A DNA stretch of 63,861 bases, the filler included, from Chiloscyllium plagiosum (taxonomy: Eukaryota), in NCBI RefSeq assembly GCF_004010195.1. It is 3 parts of one record of this genome, joined end to end, with 100 filler letters (N's around TTAATTAATTAA, not from the genome) between each part and the next. Parts side by side here need not be neighbours in the genome. Positions count along the whole stretch, not along the records: positions 30,013 to 53,747 come from NC_057715.1; positions 53,848 to 63,861 come from NC_057715.1; 1 more part is not named here. The stretch is one strand, 5' to 3'. Numbering within the stretch: the first letter of the stretch is position 1; each line of letters begins with the position of its first letter. The notes below the pieces were generated by a model. That model worked only from the letters and a program-made list of their open reading frames with translations, did not search any database and was not told where the DNA came from. This document shows positions 50,933-63,861 of the stretch, piece after piece. The position numbers were made by a program, and so were the translations under genes.

Positions 50933-51000
50933 CTTGCGTGCACAGTTTTGACTGCCTGTGGATTAGTTTGCAATATTCTGGCACTCCACAATGGATCATC
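50933..51000 (-). CDS. Homocysteine S-methyltransferase exon 2; the exon with the LDGG motif was not found
   Basis: gtaatag|DDPLWSARILQTNPQAVKTVHA(R)|gtaata; PLWSA motif; 68 nt. Confidence 0.92.
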
Positions 51001-51829
51001 CTATTACAAATAAAAGCATTAATTATAAGAATGCAATTCAATCTACATCTACTGTGCTATTAGTTCAAATCAGAACAATAAAAATCACTGCCAGTGAGTA
51101 TATCAATCCATATGAGCCAGGTAGCCATTGTTGGTGAACTATATATAGTCAAGAGTTATACACTTCTTCCTACAGTTGCTCACTCCGAACAAAGTTATTC
51201 CAGGGGATACAGTTTTTCTCTGAATACGATATCAATGACCTTTGACCTGTTATTTCCAAAACCATGCACAATAAAACTATTTTGTCTAAGTTTCTTTTAT
51301 AATAGGTTACATTAATATATCTTTTCTAGCTTTGTGCTTTCTTCTAGGTTAGTTTTGTGTAAATAGCAGGTCTCCATATCAAATTAGCTCACGTCAAAGC
51401 TCTGAGATGATAATTGTTGTGGAAAACTTATAAGATTTCATTTTAAGCCTTACCATTGCAATTTTTCTAGTCCAGCAGCAAAGAGGTAAAAGTGGAATCC
51501 TTGACTCTTGAGAGAATTTATTTGTCTGTTAGAGTCTGGACGAGGGACAGACTAAAGCTTTCTGAGCACTGTCCTGTTGTGCAGTTTTCCAGGTAGGTCG
51601 GGGCATGCTCAGGCAGTTGCTCTTGGCTCCATCCTTCACTCCTTTATTAATGTTGCCTCATAGTTGGCTGGGCTTGGGGCTGGCTCATTGTTTTCTCTCT
51701 CAATTCAAGGTTTCATCAACTCTGCAACTAGAGGCTAACTCGATGCCTGCTTAGTGCTAATAAAGAAAAAAATCCAGCAAGGCAGCAAGCAATGATCATA
51801 GTAAGTACTGAGAAAGCAGTGCACACATG

Positions 51830-53575
51830 CACACTCAACCTAAACATTCCAAACAAAGCTGAAAATGAAATGTCATCCGAGGAAAGCTACAAAACAGGAC
51901 TACTTGTGTGCTAAAAAATGAGTGAAAGACAGAGTTAAGTAACACAACCAAAGGATCAGATCTAAACTCTGCAGAGCTGCCACATCCAGTCATGAATGAT
52001 GGTGAACAATTAAACAATTCACTTAAGGAGGTGGATCCACAAATATCCCCATCCTCAACAATGAGGAAGCCCAGCAGATCAGTGCAAAAGACAAGGCTGA
52101 AACATTTGCAACATTCTTCAGCCAGAAACGCTGAATAAATAATCTATCTCTGCCTCCTCCATAGGCCCCCAAAATTACAGATAAGAGTCTTCAGCCAATT
52201 CGATTCACTCCATGTGATACCAAGGTTGGAGGCACCGGATACTGCAAAGGCAACAAGCCCTGGCAATATTCCAGCAACAGTACTAAAGACACATGCTGCA
52301 GAACTTGCCACATTCCTAGTCAAGCTGTTCCAGTACAGCTAGAATACTGACCTACCTGACTGTGTCCAGGTGTGTCCTGTGCACAAAAAGCAGGACAATT
52401 CCAACCTGGCTAATTACTGCCCCATCAGTCTACACTTGATCATCAGTAAAGTGATGAAAGGGGTCATCAACAGTGCTATCAAGCAGCATCTGCACACTGA
52501 TGCCAGTTTGTGATCTAACAGGGCCACGTAGCTCCTGACTTCCTTGGTTCAAACAGAATTGGTCAAAAAGGATTGAATTTCCAGAGACTGAGGTGAAAGT
52601 GACTGCCCTTACCAATCAGGACAGCACTTGACAGAGTGTGGTATCAAAAAGCCCTAGCTCAACTACAGTGAATGGAAATCAGGAGAAAACTCGCCACTGG
52701 TTAGAGTTATACAAAGCACAAAGGAGAAGATATTTCTGGCTGTTGGAGGTCAGTCATCTCAGCTCCAGGATATCTCTGGAGTTCCTCAGGATAGCGTAAG
52801 GGCCAATCGTCTTCAACTGTTTCATCACAGACTCTTCCTCCATCCTAAGGTCAGAAGTGGGGATTTCACTGATGATTACACAATATTCAGCACCATTCAT
52901 GACTCCTCAGATACTGAAGTAACCCATGATCCAAAGCAGAAATAACCAAGCTTGAGCTGACAAATGGCAAGTAATACTCACACCATTTAAGTGCTAGGCA
53001 AAAAACACATCTAACAAGGAGGAACCCAATCATTGTCCCTAGACATTCCATAACATTATCATTGTTGAATCATCCACTATCAACATCTTGGGGTTTATTA
53101 TTGACCAGAAACTGAATTGGACTAATGATACAAATACAGTCTAGAGATTAGGAATCCTGCAGTGGATAACTCATCTCCTTACTTCCAAAATGTGTCTACC
53201 ATTGAAAAGGCGCAAGTCAGGAGAGAGATGGAATACTCCCCATTTGCCTGGATGAGGGCAGTTCCAACAACACAAGCTTGACACAATCCAGAACAAAGCA
53301 GCTCTCTTGATTGCCATTTGCACAAAAGTCCACCCCATACACCTTTGATGCACTATAATAGTAATGTGTAGAATCTATAAGATGGGTTGCAGAAAATCAC
53401 CAAGGCTCCTCTGACAGCACCTTCTAAATCAATGACCACTACCACCGAGAAGGACAAAGGCAGAAGATACATGGGACCAGCCTGTGCGAGTTTCTCTCCA
53501 TACCATTCAGCATCCTGAGTTGGAAATGGAACATTGTTCTTTCAGTGTCGCTGAGTCAAATCATGGAATTCTCTC
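51830..53575 (+). mobile_element. Degenerate CR1/L2-clade LINE ORF2 (second family)
   Basis: NYCPISL, VPQ.S remnants; collinear with 59040-60600. Confidence 0.8.
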
Positions 53576-53747
53576 AATAGACAATAGGTGCAGGAGCAGG
53601 CCATTCAGCCCTTCGAGCCTGCACCGCCATTCAATATGATCATGGCTGATCATTCCTAATCAGTATCCTGTTCCTGCCTTATCTCCATAACCCTTGATTC
53701 CACTATCCCTGAGAGCTCTATCCAACTCTTTCTTAAATGAATCCAGA

Positions 53748-53847
53748 NNNNNNNNNNNNNNNNNNNNNNNNNNNNNNNNNNNNNNNNNNNNTTAATTAAT
53801 TAANNNNNNNNNNNNNNNNNNNNNNNNNNNNNNNNNNNNNNNNNNNN
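53748..53847. other. Artificial scaffold join: 44 N + TTAATTAATTAA + 44 N
   Basis: Linker at 53792-53803. Confidence 0.92.
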
Positions 53848-53974
53848 ACCTACCTCTAATTCTAACACCTGGCCTGGTTCATTACTCAGAACCAAATCCA
53901 GTATGGCCTCACCTCTTGTTGGCCTATCTACATATTGTGTCAGGAAACCCTCCTGCACACATTGGACAAACGAA

Positions 53975-54452
53975 TTTACAAGGATGTTGCCAGAGTTGGA
54001 GGTTTTGAGCTATAGTGAGAGGCTGAATAGGCTGGGGCTGTTTTCCCCGGAGCACGGAGGCTGATGAGTGACCTTATAGAGGTTTATAAAGTCATGAAGA
54101 GCATGGATAGGATAAATAGACAAAGTCTTTTGTCTGGGGTGGGGTAGACCAGAACTAGAGGGCATAGGTTTAGGGTGAGAGGGGAAAGATATAACAGAGA
54201 CCTAAGGGGCAACTCTTTCACACAGAGGATGGTACGTGTATGGAATGAGCTGCCAGAGGATGTGGTGGAGGCTGGTATAATTACAGCATTTAAAAGGAAT
54301 GTGGATGGGTTTATGAATAGGAAGGGTTTGTAAGGATTTAGGCCAAGTGCTGACAAATGGGACTAAATTAATTTAGGCTATCTGGTTGGCATGGATGAGT
54401 TGGACCAAAGTGTCTGCTTCTGTGCTGTACATCTCTATGATTATGACTCTAT
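53975..54452 (+). mobile_element. CR1/HER1 3' fragment
   Basis: Highly similar to 24450-24720; tail CTATGATTATGACTCTATG. Confidence 0.88.
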
Positions 54453-55304
54453 GGGTTTTACTGAATAAAAGGTCAATATTCCCACTGGTAGGAGTTCTTC
54501 AGATAGTGTTCTGGGCCAAACCATCTTCATTTATTTCATCAATAACCTTCTGACTGTTATCAGTTCAGAGGTGGCAATGCCTACTATCCAGCTTTGTACA
54601 GTATTTAGGAGTATTTATGACTGGTCAGATACTGAAGCAATCCCTATCTAAATACAAGAAGATCTGGACAACATCTGAGCTTGGATCAATGTGTCGCAAT
54701 AATGTTGCATCACACAAGTGCCAGACAATGACTATCTCTGAGCAAATCCATTTTTCCTTTTAATGACAATACATCATTGCATTCCCCACTGTCCAAATCA
54801 TGGAGATTGCCATTAACCAGAAACGGAATTGGAGCTGCCTCAAAATTGCTGTGGTTACAAGAACAGATCAGAGGGTGGGAATTTGGCAGTTAGTACCTAA
54901 CCCCAGGGGTCAGGAGAGAGATGGAATTCTTTCCGTTTGCTGGGATGGGTCTAACTCAAGCAACACTGAAGACACTTTACACAATCCAGGACAAAGTTAC
55001 CCACTAGTCACCACACCAAACATTGACTTCCTCCACCACTAATGAGAGAATGACAGCAGTGTGTCCCACCTTTAAGATACGCTGCAGCAATTCAATGAAG
55101 ACCCTTTAGCTGCAGCTTCCACCACTTCCTGATCTCTGATAGAGAAATAGGGAAAGCAGAGACAGGAGAATACTACAATCTATCTGCAAGTTCCCTTCCA
55201 AGCCGCGCACACCACCTTGACTTGGAACTATATTGCCCAGACTCTAACCCTAACAGCATGGTAGTTGTATCTGTATCAGATAAATGGAGCAGTTCACAAA
55301 AGAA

Positions 55305-55488
55305 TATAGTCCAACAGGTTTAATTGGAAGCACTAGCTTTCGGAGTGCGCTCCTTCATCAGGTGTCTGATGAAGGAACAGTGCTCCGAAAGCTAGTGTGC
55401 TTCCAACTAAACCTGTTGGACTATGACCTGGGGTTGTGTGATTTTTAACTTTGTACACCCCAGTCCAACACCGACGTCTCCAAATCAT
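55305..55488. mobile_element. Inverted pair of family A Penelope-like termini with two hammerhead motifs
   Basis: 55305-55361 is an imperfect reverse complement of 55366-55425; GTTCACAAAAG at 55292-55302 and 55489-55499 looks like a TSD. Confidence 0.75.
55331..55364 (-). ncRNA. Minimal type I hammerhead ribozyme motif (family A)
   Basis: Minus strand CAC-CTGATGA-A-GGAG(CGCA)CTCC-GAAA-GCT-A-GTG. Confidence 0.65.
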
Positions 55489-56049
55489 GTTCACAAAAGG
55501 AACTCATTATCTCCATTTTAACGGATGAGCATCAAGTGCTGGCATCATCAATGACTCACAATCCATGAAGGGAAGCCTTCCCCTCCCAATCCACTACCTT
55601 TCTGCTCCAATATGTATTCACTGCTCACAATGCAGTCTCCTCCGCACAGGGGTGACCAAACAACAGACAGGGTGATCTTTTTCTGAAATATTCCACTCAG
55701 TTGGCAGGTGTGATTGTGACATTCTGATTATTTGCCATTTCAATGCACTATTTTGCTCTCATGCTCCCATCTCTGTCCTAGTCCTGTGATAGGCTTCCAA
55801 TCAATCCCAAAATTAGCTCATTTTCCAATTCGACACTTTTAAATGTTCAGGATTCAACATTGAGTTTAACAATTTCAGATCACAATTCTCATTTTGATAT
55901 TTTCTTTCACCTTGAGTCGGTATCTCGTTTTTATGTTTTTTCTTTTAGTCAGAGGCTGACCTTTAACATCTATTCCAGACCAATGCTTTGTTTCTTCACT
56001 AAAACCATTAGCCCTCCCTTTATGTTCTGTTCCATAACAGAACTGCATG

Positions 56050-56300
56050 TTGAGATAAGGAAAAATTTCTTCTCTCAAAGAGTTGTGAATCTTTGGAACT
56101 CCTTGCCATAGAGAGCTGTGGGGTCAGAGTCCTTGTGTATATTTAAGGTTGCGATAGATAGATTCTTGATCAGTCGGGGCGTCAAGGGCTTTGGGAAAAG
56201 GGCAGGAAAGTGGGTGTGAGGAATGTCAGGCTAGCCATGATTCTTCTGGACAGTGGGGCAGACTCAAGGGGCCGAATGACCTGTTCCTGTTCCTATTTTT
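56050..56300 (+). mobile_element. CR1 3' tail fragment
   Basis: EIRKNFFSQRVVNLWNSLP. Confidence 0.85.
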
Positions 56301-56899
56301 TTAATGGTTTTATAACATCTTTGAACCTTAATACGTTACCCATCTGACCTTTTCCCTTCTCCCTTTTTCAACAGCACAAAACTCAGCAAATGTTCACCTT
56401 CCTTCAGCCTTTAAGAAATCATTTGACTCAAACTATTAACTCTGTTTCTCTCTCTACACAATGTTGCCTGAACTGCTGAGTTTCTCTGGCATTTCCTTCT
56501 TTATCTCAGATCTCCAGTGTCTGTTGTGTTTTGCTTGTATTTAAGTGGAATGTGGTTTTCCAATGGCGATGGGTTGACACACAGCTGGTTGTAAAATGTA
56601 CAGGAAGTTCGGCTCAATGATTACTGAAAATTCTCAAAACACAGCCTATTTTATTTATCATTGCACTGAAGCTGCATTTCATGGGGAGGGTATTGCTTGA
56701 CCTCAGAAGGAGAGTTTGACTCAAGCTGACTGATGTTAAATAAAGCTTCAGGCAGTCTTAAGGACATGAGGGCTGGACTTTCATTGCTCAGTGGGACAAA
56801 GTCCAATCTTTCAGAGCTGCTGATCAACTTGACTGACTAGCAGTTCCAGTAGGATCTCCTGAGACCAGGACTCAGTCGATTGCATTGCTGGGATTGTAA

Positions 56900-57240
56900 G
56901 GAATCATAGAATCCCTACAGCACGAAAGCAGGCCATTCAGTCCATCAAGTCCACACCACTCAAACTCACACCGAGCATTCTGCTCAAACTCCAGCCCCAC
57001 CCTATTCCCCCTAACCCTAGGTGGCTAATTCACCTAGTCTGGACGCTATGGGCAATTTGGTATCCACCCTAACCTGCACATCTTAAAGCTGTTGGAGGAA
57101 ACCATAACACCCAGAGGAAACCCACACAGGCACAGGGAGAACATGCAAACTCCACACAGACTGTCGCCCGAGGCTGGAATTGAACCAGGTCCCTGGTGTT
57201 GTGAGGCAGTGGTGCTAGCCACTGAGCTACCGTGCCACCC
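56900..57240 (-). mobile_element. HE1-like tRNA-derived SINE, near full length
   Basis: Minus strand GGTAGCTCAGTGG (A box), GGTTCAATTCC (B box), CR1-like tail. Confidence 0.85.
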
Positions 57241-59039
57241 TATGAGATGCATTAAGATCCAGAATGGATCTTGACATGACATTAGAATGGGGCTTATTGT
57301 GCAGGGAGGTATTGGGGAGGCCATGGTGGTAGTTGGAGGTCTGGTTTTCATGACCAGGTATGAAGTGATAAAGATTGGAGGTTGGGGGTAAACACTTGGA
57401 GGAGAGGTGCCCCCTGACGTGCAAAGCGCACATCCTCAAGAATGCATCCACATCCTTGCCACCTTTTAACTGCTTATTTTTTATAAAAAGACCCCAACTC
57501 CCACCCACCTGCAGACCTCAACCATATATGATGCGGGCAACATATTTGCAGTCAATTGGCTTGGAGACAAACTTTATTGACCAATTTTATTATATTACAA
57601 AAAGCAGATGGAGGATCAGTTTTAGTCACCGGTCAATTTTCATATCTGCCTGACAGCCAAATTCCTTGGCCCACAACCCTCATTCCTAATGTCGACTCTC
57701 CTGCTCCTCAGATGCTGCCTGACCGGCTGTGCTTTTCCAGTGCTGCACTCTTCGACCATATCATGGGCACTGGGTTCACAGACGGCCGGAGATTGGCAGC
57801 TGGCTACTCAATATATCACCCCCTCCTGTCGGAAACACAGCTGGCAGGACTCGGGCTGTAAAATCCACACCGTTGCCTCATAAAACATGAAGGTGAAAGT
57901 GGAACAATTTCAGTTAAAGTGTAGCTAACCTTCGCCTTAAATTAAAAATTCATCAGCAACATTGCATTTTAAGCATTAACATTCCTGTAGCTCATTATGA
58001 AACTTGAGTCTGGGAGAACAGTAGAAGTGAGTCCACAGAACAACATTATGTTAATCACTTGTACATGAGTAACGAGAATTGCATGCAAAATGTTCAGCGA
58101 GTTGATTGCCACAAATTAAGGAGTTATTCTATAAAAGTGCAGGCATTACCACCTGCTGGGATACGTACCATATGAATTACAGACTAATTAAACATCCCTC
58201 CAATAACGACAAAAACATTCAAATAGAACGTATTTGACAATAATACTAAATTACATGCATCATTAAGTTCAGGATGCTCTTGACCAGAAACAGGAACCCA
58301 GCTGGAAATTTTCATCCAAGGTGGAACTGAAAGGGGAGAGGTTGGTTCCATGCGTAAGTACTAACTATTCATTCAGGAACCGTTCCACAGAATTGAAATT
58401 GAACACTGCTAATTAAAATGTTGTGACCGAAATAAAGTCACACATTTATCAGATTGTCTTCATTAAGTAATTCCATTAGCCCTGGCATTTAAATATATTC
58501 TTATTGACATACCCCAAGAAATAATTGGTTATGCAGAAAATGCCCCATGAAAAGAACTGTCTCCATTAACTTGTGTCAGCGATATTGAAAGACTGCCCAA
58601 AGGTACTTTAATGCAGAGATTAGTTTGCTCCTATACTGGGGATAAGAATTAAATTGGAAATCATTGGACTTTAATGAAGTTGAAAACATTTTAATCCCTT
58701 ATTTTAATACATTTCTGTTTTAAAAGTGACGCTGAGGTGGAAATGGAAAAGCTGTTTGCCAGCTCATCCACCGTGACATTGTACACCCCGTTCTGATCTC
58801 TATCCCTGCATCGTGTAAGACAGGGATCTGGTTTATTCAGAAATTCCCAAGAGTTAACACAAATTGCAAACACTTTTCTTATAGCTAGTCATATATTAGC
58901 AAATATGATTTTAGCTAGAGACTTGAGACAGATACATCTGACATACCTGGATACTAATGTCGGAAATACATGTTGATTGATACCTAGTATAACTCAGTAA
59001 TTAGCCAAAGTAAATCAACTGAACATCACAACCAAGGCC

Positions 59040-60610
59040 AGCATCACTGTTGCCAGTCTTCAGTCAATTTAATTCAATACAAGTGATATTCAGTAATGGT
59101 TGGAGACATTGGATACTGCAAAGGCTATGGACCCTGACAGCATTCCAGCAATAGTACTGTAGGCTTGTGCTCCAGAACTTGATGCTCCGCTAGCCAAGAA
59201 GTTCCAGTACAGCTGCAACACTGGCATCTACCCGACAATGTGGGAAATTGCCCAGGTAAACTCAAAAATCAGGATAAATCCAACCCAGTCAATTACTGTC
59301 CCATTAATTCACTCTTGATCATCAGTAAAGTGATGGACAGTGTCAGTGACAGAGCTATCAAGCAGCACCTGCTCAGTAATAACCAGCTCAGTGACGCCCA
59401 GTTTGGGTTTCCCCAGGGTCACTTAGATCTTGACCTCATTACAGCCTTGGTTTAAAAAGGCTGAATTCCAGAGGGGAGGTGAGAGTGACAGCTCTTGTTC
59501 CATTTGACCGAGTGTGGCATCAAAGAGCCATAGCAAAACTGGAATCAATGGGTATCAGCGTGAACATTCTCTAGCTGTTAAAGTCATACCTGATACATAG
59601 GAAGATGTTTGTAGTTGTTGGAGGTCAGTCATTTCAGCTCCACGACATCTCTGCAGGAGTTCCACAGGGTAGTGTCCTAGGCCCAAAAACCTCCAGCTGC
59701 TTCATCAATGACCTTCCCTCCATCATAAGGTCAGAAATGGGGATGTTCGCTGATGATTGCACAATGTTCCGCACCATTCGTGACTCCTCAGATACTGAAG
59801 CAGTCCATGTTCAAATATAACAAGATCTGGACAATAACCAGGCTTGACTGACAAGTAGCAACTAACATTCACACCACACAAATGCCAGGCTATGGCAATC
59901 TCCAATAAGGGACAACCTAACCATATTTAACAGTGTCACCATCAGTGAATCCCCAACCATCGATATCCTGAAGGTTATCATTGACCAGAATCTCAACTGG
60001 ACTCACCACATACACATAGTGGCTACAAGAGCAGGTCACAGGACAAGTAATTTACCTCCTGACTCCCCAATCCTGTCCATCATCTACAAAGCACAATTCA
60101 GGAGTATGATGGAATATTTCCCAATTGACCTGGAATGGTTCAGTCCCAGCACCACTCAAGAAGCTTGACACCATCCAGGACAAAGCAGTCTGCTTGAGTG
60201 GTACCACATCCACAAGCATCCACTCCCTCCATCACTGATACTCAGTAGCAGCAGGGTGTACTATCTACTGCAGAGATTCTTCCTCAGACAGCTCCTTCCA
60301 AACCCATGACCACTTCCAGCTAGAAGGACAAGGGCAGCAGATACATGGGAACACCATCACCTTCAAGTTTCCCTCTGAGCCACTTACCATCCTGACTTGG
60401 ACCCGTATCCCTGTTTCTTCACTGTTACTGGGTCAAAACCCTAAATTCCCTCCTTAAGGGCACTGTGGGTCAACGCGCAGCACATGGACTGCAGCGGGTC
60501 AAGAAGGCAGCTCAATCTACTGTCTCAAGGGCAACTAGGGCATGGGCAATGAAATGCTGGCTCAACCAGCAACGCCCAGATGACATGAGTGAATAAAGAA
60601 GTAAAAAAAA
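59040..60610 (+). mobile_element. CR1/L2-clade LINE RT domain plus 3' end
   Basis: NYCPINSL, QFGFPQG, AGVPQGSVLGP...FINDLP...MFADD; ends AATAAA plus A-rich tail. Confidence 0.9.
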
Positions 60611-61008
60611 ACTCCAATCACGCCCCTGAAACCACTTGACTCCTATCCTGAATCTGACCTGAACAATTGGGTCACTCGCTTTGAGGAGGAAGGCCTTGTT
60701 GGATCTGGAACAAAAGAGTGAAGTGGAACAAATGGATGGAGTGTTTTTTTCACTCTGTCTGACTGTGCCTCTGCTTGGAGCTGTCCTATCATGGACCTGC
60801 TATCATGGTACCCTCTGCTTTTCTAATTCACACCTCCATTGGTGCACAGCCATGTATGTCATCCAACTATACCTACATTGACCCACCTATCTGTTGCCCT
60901 CAAGTAGAGATTGCCCTTCAGCAGAGATTTCAGCTCTGATCAAATGGCCAAAGCATTGACATTTTCTTCTCTGGATGTCACTTTTAAGAGTTCTTTTTGC
61001 TCTTGCAA

Positions 61009-61200
61009 TTATATCTTTTCAAATATCTTCTTATTTGTCTGATGGTATGTATATAGAATTTTAACCAAATGTCTTTGCATCCACATTTCACAGGCGTCAA
61101 TTTTCTTCCACAGACCCTTACTTATTGTCCAGGTTTCAGGAAGTGTTAATAGGTGGCATTTAGGCAAGAGTGACATTAGGCAAGTTGTAATGTAAAATTT
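61009..61200 (-). mobile_element. RTE-clade LINE C-terminal remnant
   Basis: ETWTISKGLWKKIDACEMWMQRHLVKI resembles the RTE ETWT...AFEMW..RR motif. Confidence 0.6.
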
Positions 61201-61499
61201 AGGTTGGCTATGGAAAAGAACAAAGACGAATCCAGAGTAAGAATAATTCAATTTCCATGGGGTTAGAATGGAGCTAGCCAAGGTCTATTGGGAACAAAGA
61301 TGGCACGCAAGCCCATAATGGGACAATGAATTGCCTTTAAAGAGGTCTGCATATGATTGAGGTACATTCCTACAGGGAGGAAGGTTGGACAGACAGAGAT
61401 GGGGTTTCCTGGTTAATGAGAAAGGTAGAGTAAGATGAAACATGTGTGTATGATAGATATCAGCTGTTAATCCAAGTGAGAGCCAGGCTGTAGATAGAA

Positions 61500-62484
61500 G
61501 ATAGGTAATTGAGAATGTGATAGGTAGATGAAGATGAGGGAGAAGGTGATAGGTCGGAGAGGAGGGTGGAGCAGATAGATAGGAGAGACGATGCACAGGT
61601 CAGGTCCACCATATCACATCCTCAGAAGAATTCACACACTCAACAAACAGTTTTTCTCCATCATATCAGCCATGCACCACCACCTACTTTCCCTGCAGTC
61701 AGCGCTGCCTCAGCTCAGGGCCACTCTCTCCCAGACCTGCAACAGACCTCTGCTGTTGTACACCCTCAGACAAATTCACACGCTTAACAAACAGTTTTTC
61801 TCCACCATGTCAGAGCCCTCACCCCATTCCTGGCACCTTCCCCTGCCACCGTAGGAAGTGAAATACCTGTGCCCACACCTCCCCCTTATCTCTGTCTAAG
61901 GCCCCAAAGGAGCCATCCACATCTGACAGAATTTAAATGGACCTCCATCAATGACATTTACTGTATCCGTTGCACCTGATGTGGTCTCCTCTACATTGGG
62001 GAGACAGGATGCCTACTTGTGGGTCATTTCAGAGAATATCTCTGGGATACCCGCACCAACCAACCCCATCACCCCGTGGCTGAACACTTTAACTCCCCCT
62101 CCCACTCCATTAAGGACATGCAGGTCCTGGGCCTCCTCCACTGCCAAACCCTTACCACCCGATGGCAGGAGGCAGAGTGCACCAAATTCCACCTTGGGAC
62201 CCTGCAACCTCATGGGATCAATGTGGATTTCATCAATTTCCTCATTTCCCCTCCTCCAACATTATCTCAGTCCCAAGCCTCCAATTTGGCACCACCCTCC
62301 TGACCTGTCCATCACCTTTCCCATCTATCCACTCCACTCCCCCAACCTATCATCTTTTCCCCAATCTTCAACTACCTATCATACTCTCAGTTACCTTACC
62401 CCCCCACCCCGACCGACCTGCTGTGTTTTTCCAGCAACACAGTCTCAACTCTGATCTCCAGCATCTGCAGTCCTCACTTTCTCC
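61500..62484 (+). mobile_element. Penelope-like element fragment with degenerate GIY-YIG endonuclease
   Basis: IYCIRC.*CGLLYIGET (~61957-62005), VAEHFNSPSHS; ends in the family B terminal repeat. Confidence 0.85.
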
Positions 62485-62539
62485 AAACACAGGATGGGCT
62501 AAATATTGATGAAATGCTGGCATCAGGAAGGCTGGCTGT

Positions 62540-63700
62540 ATGAAAAATTGATAAGTCATTGGATCCTAATCAGACATAGCTAAGGATACTGTAGAAATTA
62601 GCCCGGAATTATTGAGGCAATGGTTATAATCTTTCCGCCATCCTTTATACACAGGCATGGTGTCAACTGCCGGAAAATTGGAATGTTAGACCCTTATTCA
62701 AAAAGACAGTGTCCAGATCAATCCAGTTACTGTAGAGCAGTCAGTTTAATGTCAGCAGTGAGAACACTTCGAGAAATATTAATCTGAGAGAAATCTAACA
62801 GTCAGTTGGATGAAGAATGCATTAATTATGAGAAGCCAGCAAATTGTGTTTAACTGACTCGATTGTGTTTTATTATGAGGTAACAGAGAGGATGGATGAA
62901 GCTGCAGCTGTTGATGTCACATATGCAAAAGGCATTTAGTAACGTGCCACAAAAGACTGAAAGTGACAATCACAGCAGGGAAATGAGATTAACCAAGTGA
63001 CAAGAAACAAAGAATAATGGGAAATGGTCATTTCTCAGACTGGAGCCATGTATGTCGGTGTTGGGACCTGCTGCACATCTTCAGATTATAATATCCTCGA
63101 TTTATATGCAAAGGGAATGGTTTCAACAGAGGAAGAAAAAATAGGAAAGCAATATATAATAAAGGATACTTCCTTCGGGGGAAGGGCTGGGGAGCGGAGG
63201 AGCAGTGGGTCCAGGGATAAAAGTGCACTTATTTTGAAGGGGGCATGTAGGTTGAGAAAGAATTCGATCAGGCACCCATGATCCCAGCCACGATAGAGAC
63301 AACAAGGACAAAAGCAAGTGATGGTATAACTTCATAAAACACTGGTTTATTCTCAACTGAAGTATTATGTATAATTCTGGATACTACAGTTTAGAAAGAA
63401 TGTGAAGGTATTGGGAAAGGTGAAGAAAAGATTTACAAGAATAGCACCTTGGGATGAGAGAGTTCAGTTACACGGATAGTTTGGCAAACTGGGCAGTTCG
63501 TCTGAGAAAATAGATGGTTAAGAAAAGATTCTGACAGATAGGAATTACATACATTTGAAGAAGCAAGGACTGATTAGGGATAGTCAGCATGGTTTTCTGT
63601 GAGGGATATCATGCCTGACAAGCTTGACTGAGTTTTTGAGGAAGTAACCAAAAAGATTGATGGGGGCAGAGTGGTAGACATTGTTCAGTAAAGCCTTCAA
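62540..63700 (+). mobile_element. Degenerate CR1 ORF2 fragments
   Basis: SQHGF...SCLTSLTEF; LGKVKKRFTR-like remnants. Confidence 0.7.
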
Positions 63701-63702
63701 GG

Positions 63703-63861
63703 AGAAAGTGAGGTCTGCAGATGCTGGAGATCAGAGCTGAAAATGTGTTGCCGGAAAAGCGCAGCAGGTCAGGCAGCATCCAAGGAGCAGGAGAATCGAC
63801 GTTTCGGGCATAAGCCCTTCTTCAGGAATGAGGAAAGTGTGTCCAGCAGGCTAAGATAAAA
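63703..63861. mobile_element. Start of a young family B Penelope-like element; hammerhead motif on minus strand at 63794-63829
   Basis: Near-identical to 31098-31222; ATTC-CTGAAGA-A-GGGC(TTAT)GCCC-GAAA-CGT-C-GATT. Confidence 0.75.

Larger units (their letters stand above)
54470..55565 (+). mobile_element. Old CR1/L2-clade LINE fragment, interrupted at 55305-55488
   Basis: Collinear with 59650-60600. Confidence 0.65.

Overview
Vertebrate genomic DNA, almost certainly a shark. Elasmobranch-type CR1/HER1 LINEs, HE1-like tRNA SINEs and Penelope-like repeats dominate; a carpet/bamboo shark is my inference. Two 100-bp spacers carrying an artificial TTAATTAATTAA linker (29913-30012, 53748-53847) split the window into three assembly pieces. 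I reconstructed three incomplete multi-exon genes with phase-consistent GT-AG introns. (1) A minus-strand matrix metalloproteinase, exons 4-10 (23481->14352; [12 protein letters not shown], Met-turn, hemopexin domain). (2) The last two coding exons of a plus-strand BIVM-family gene (33738-35712), largely missed by the ORF track. (3) A convergent minus-strand MmuM/plant-type homocysteine S-methyltransferase, exons 2-8 (51000->37611; GINC and GGCC zinc ligands). The rest is retroelements, three LTRs (two solo) and three minisatellites (27, 29 and 38 bp), two of which grew out of LINE sequence. The most notable non-coding signal is a set of minimal type I hammerhead ribozyme motifs in three different Penelope-like repeat families, several with intact cores and some in back-to-back inverted pairs. 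I see no CRISPR array and cannot support a wholly new system.
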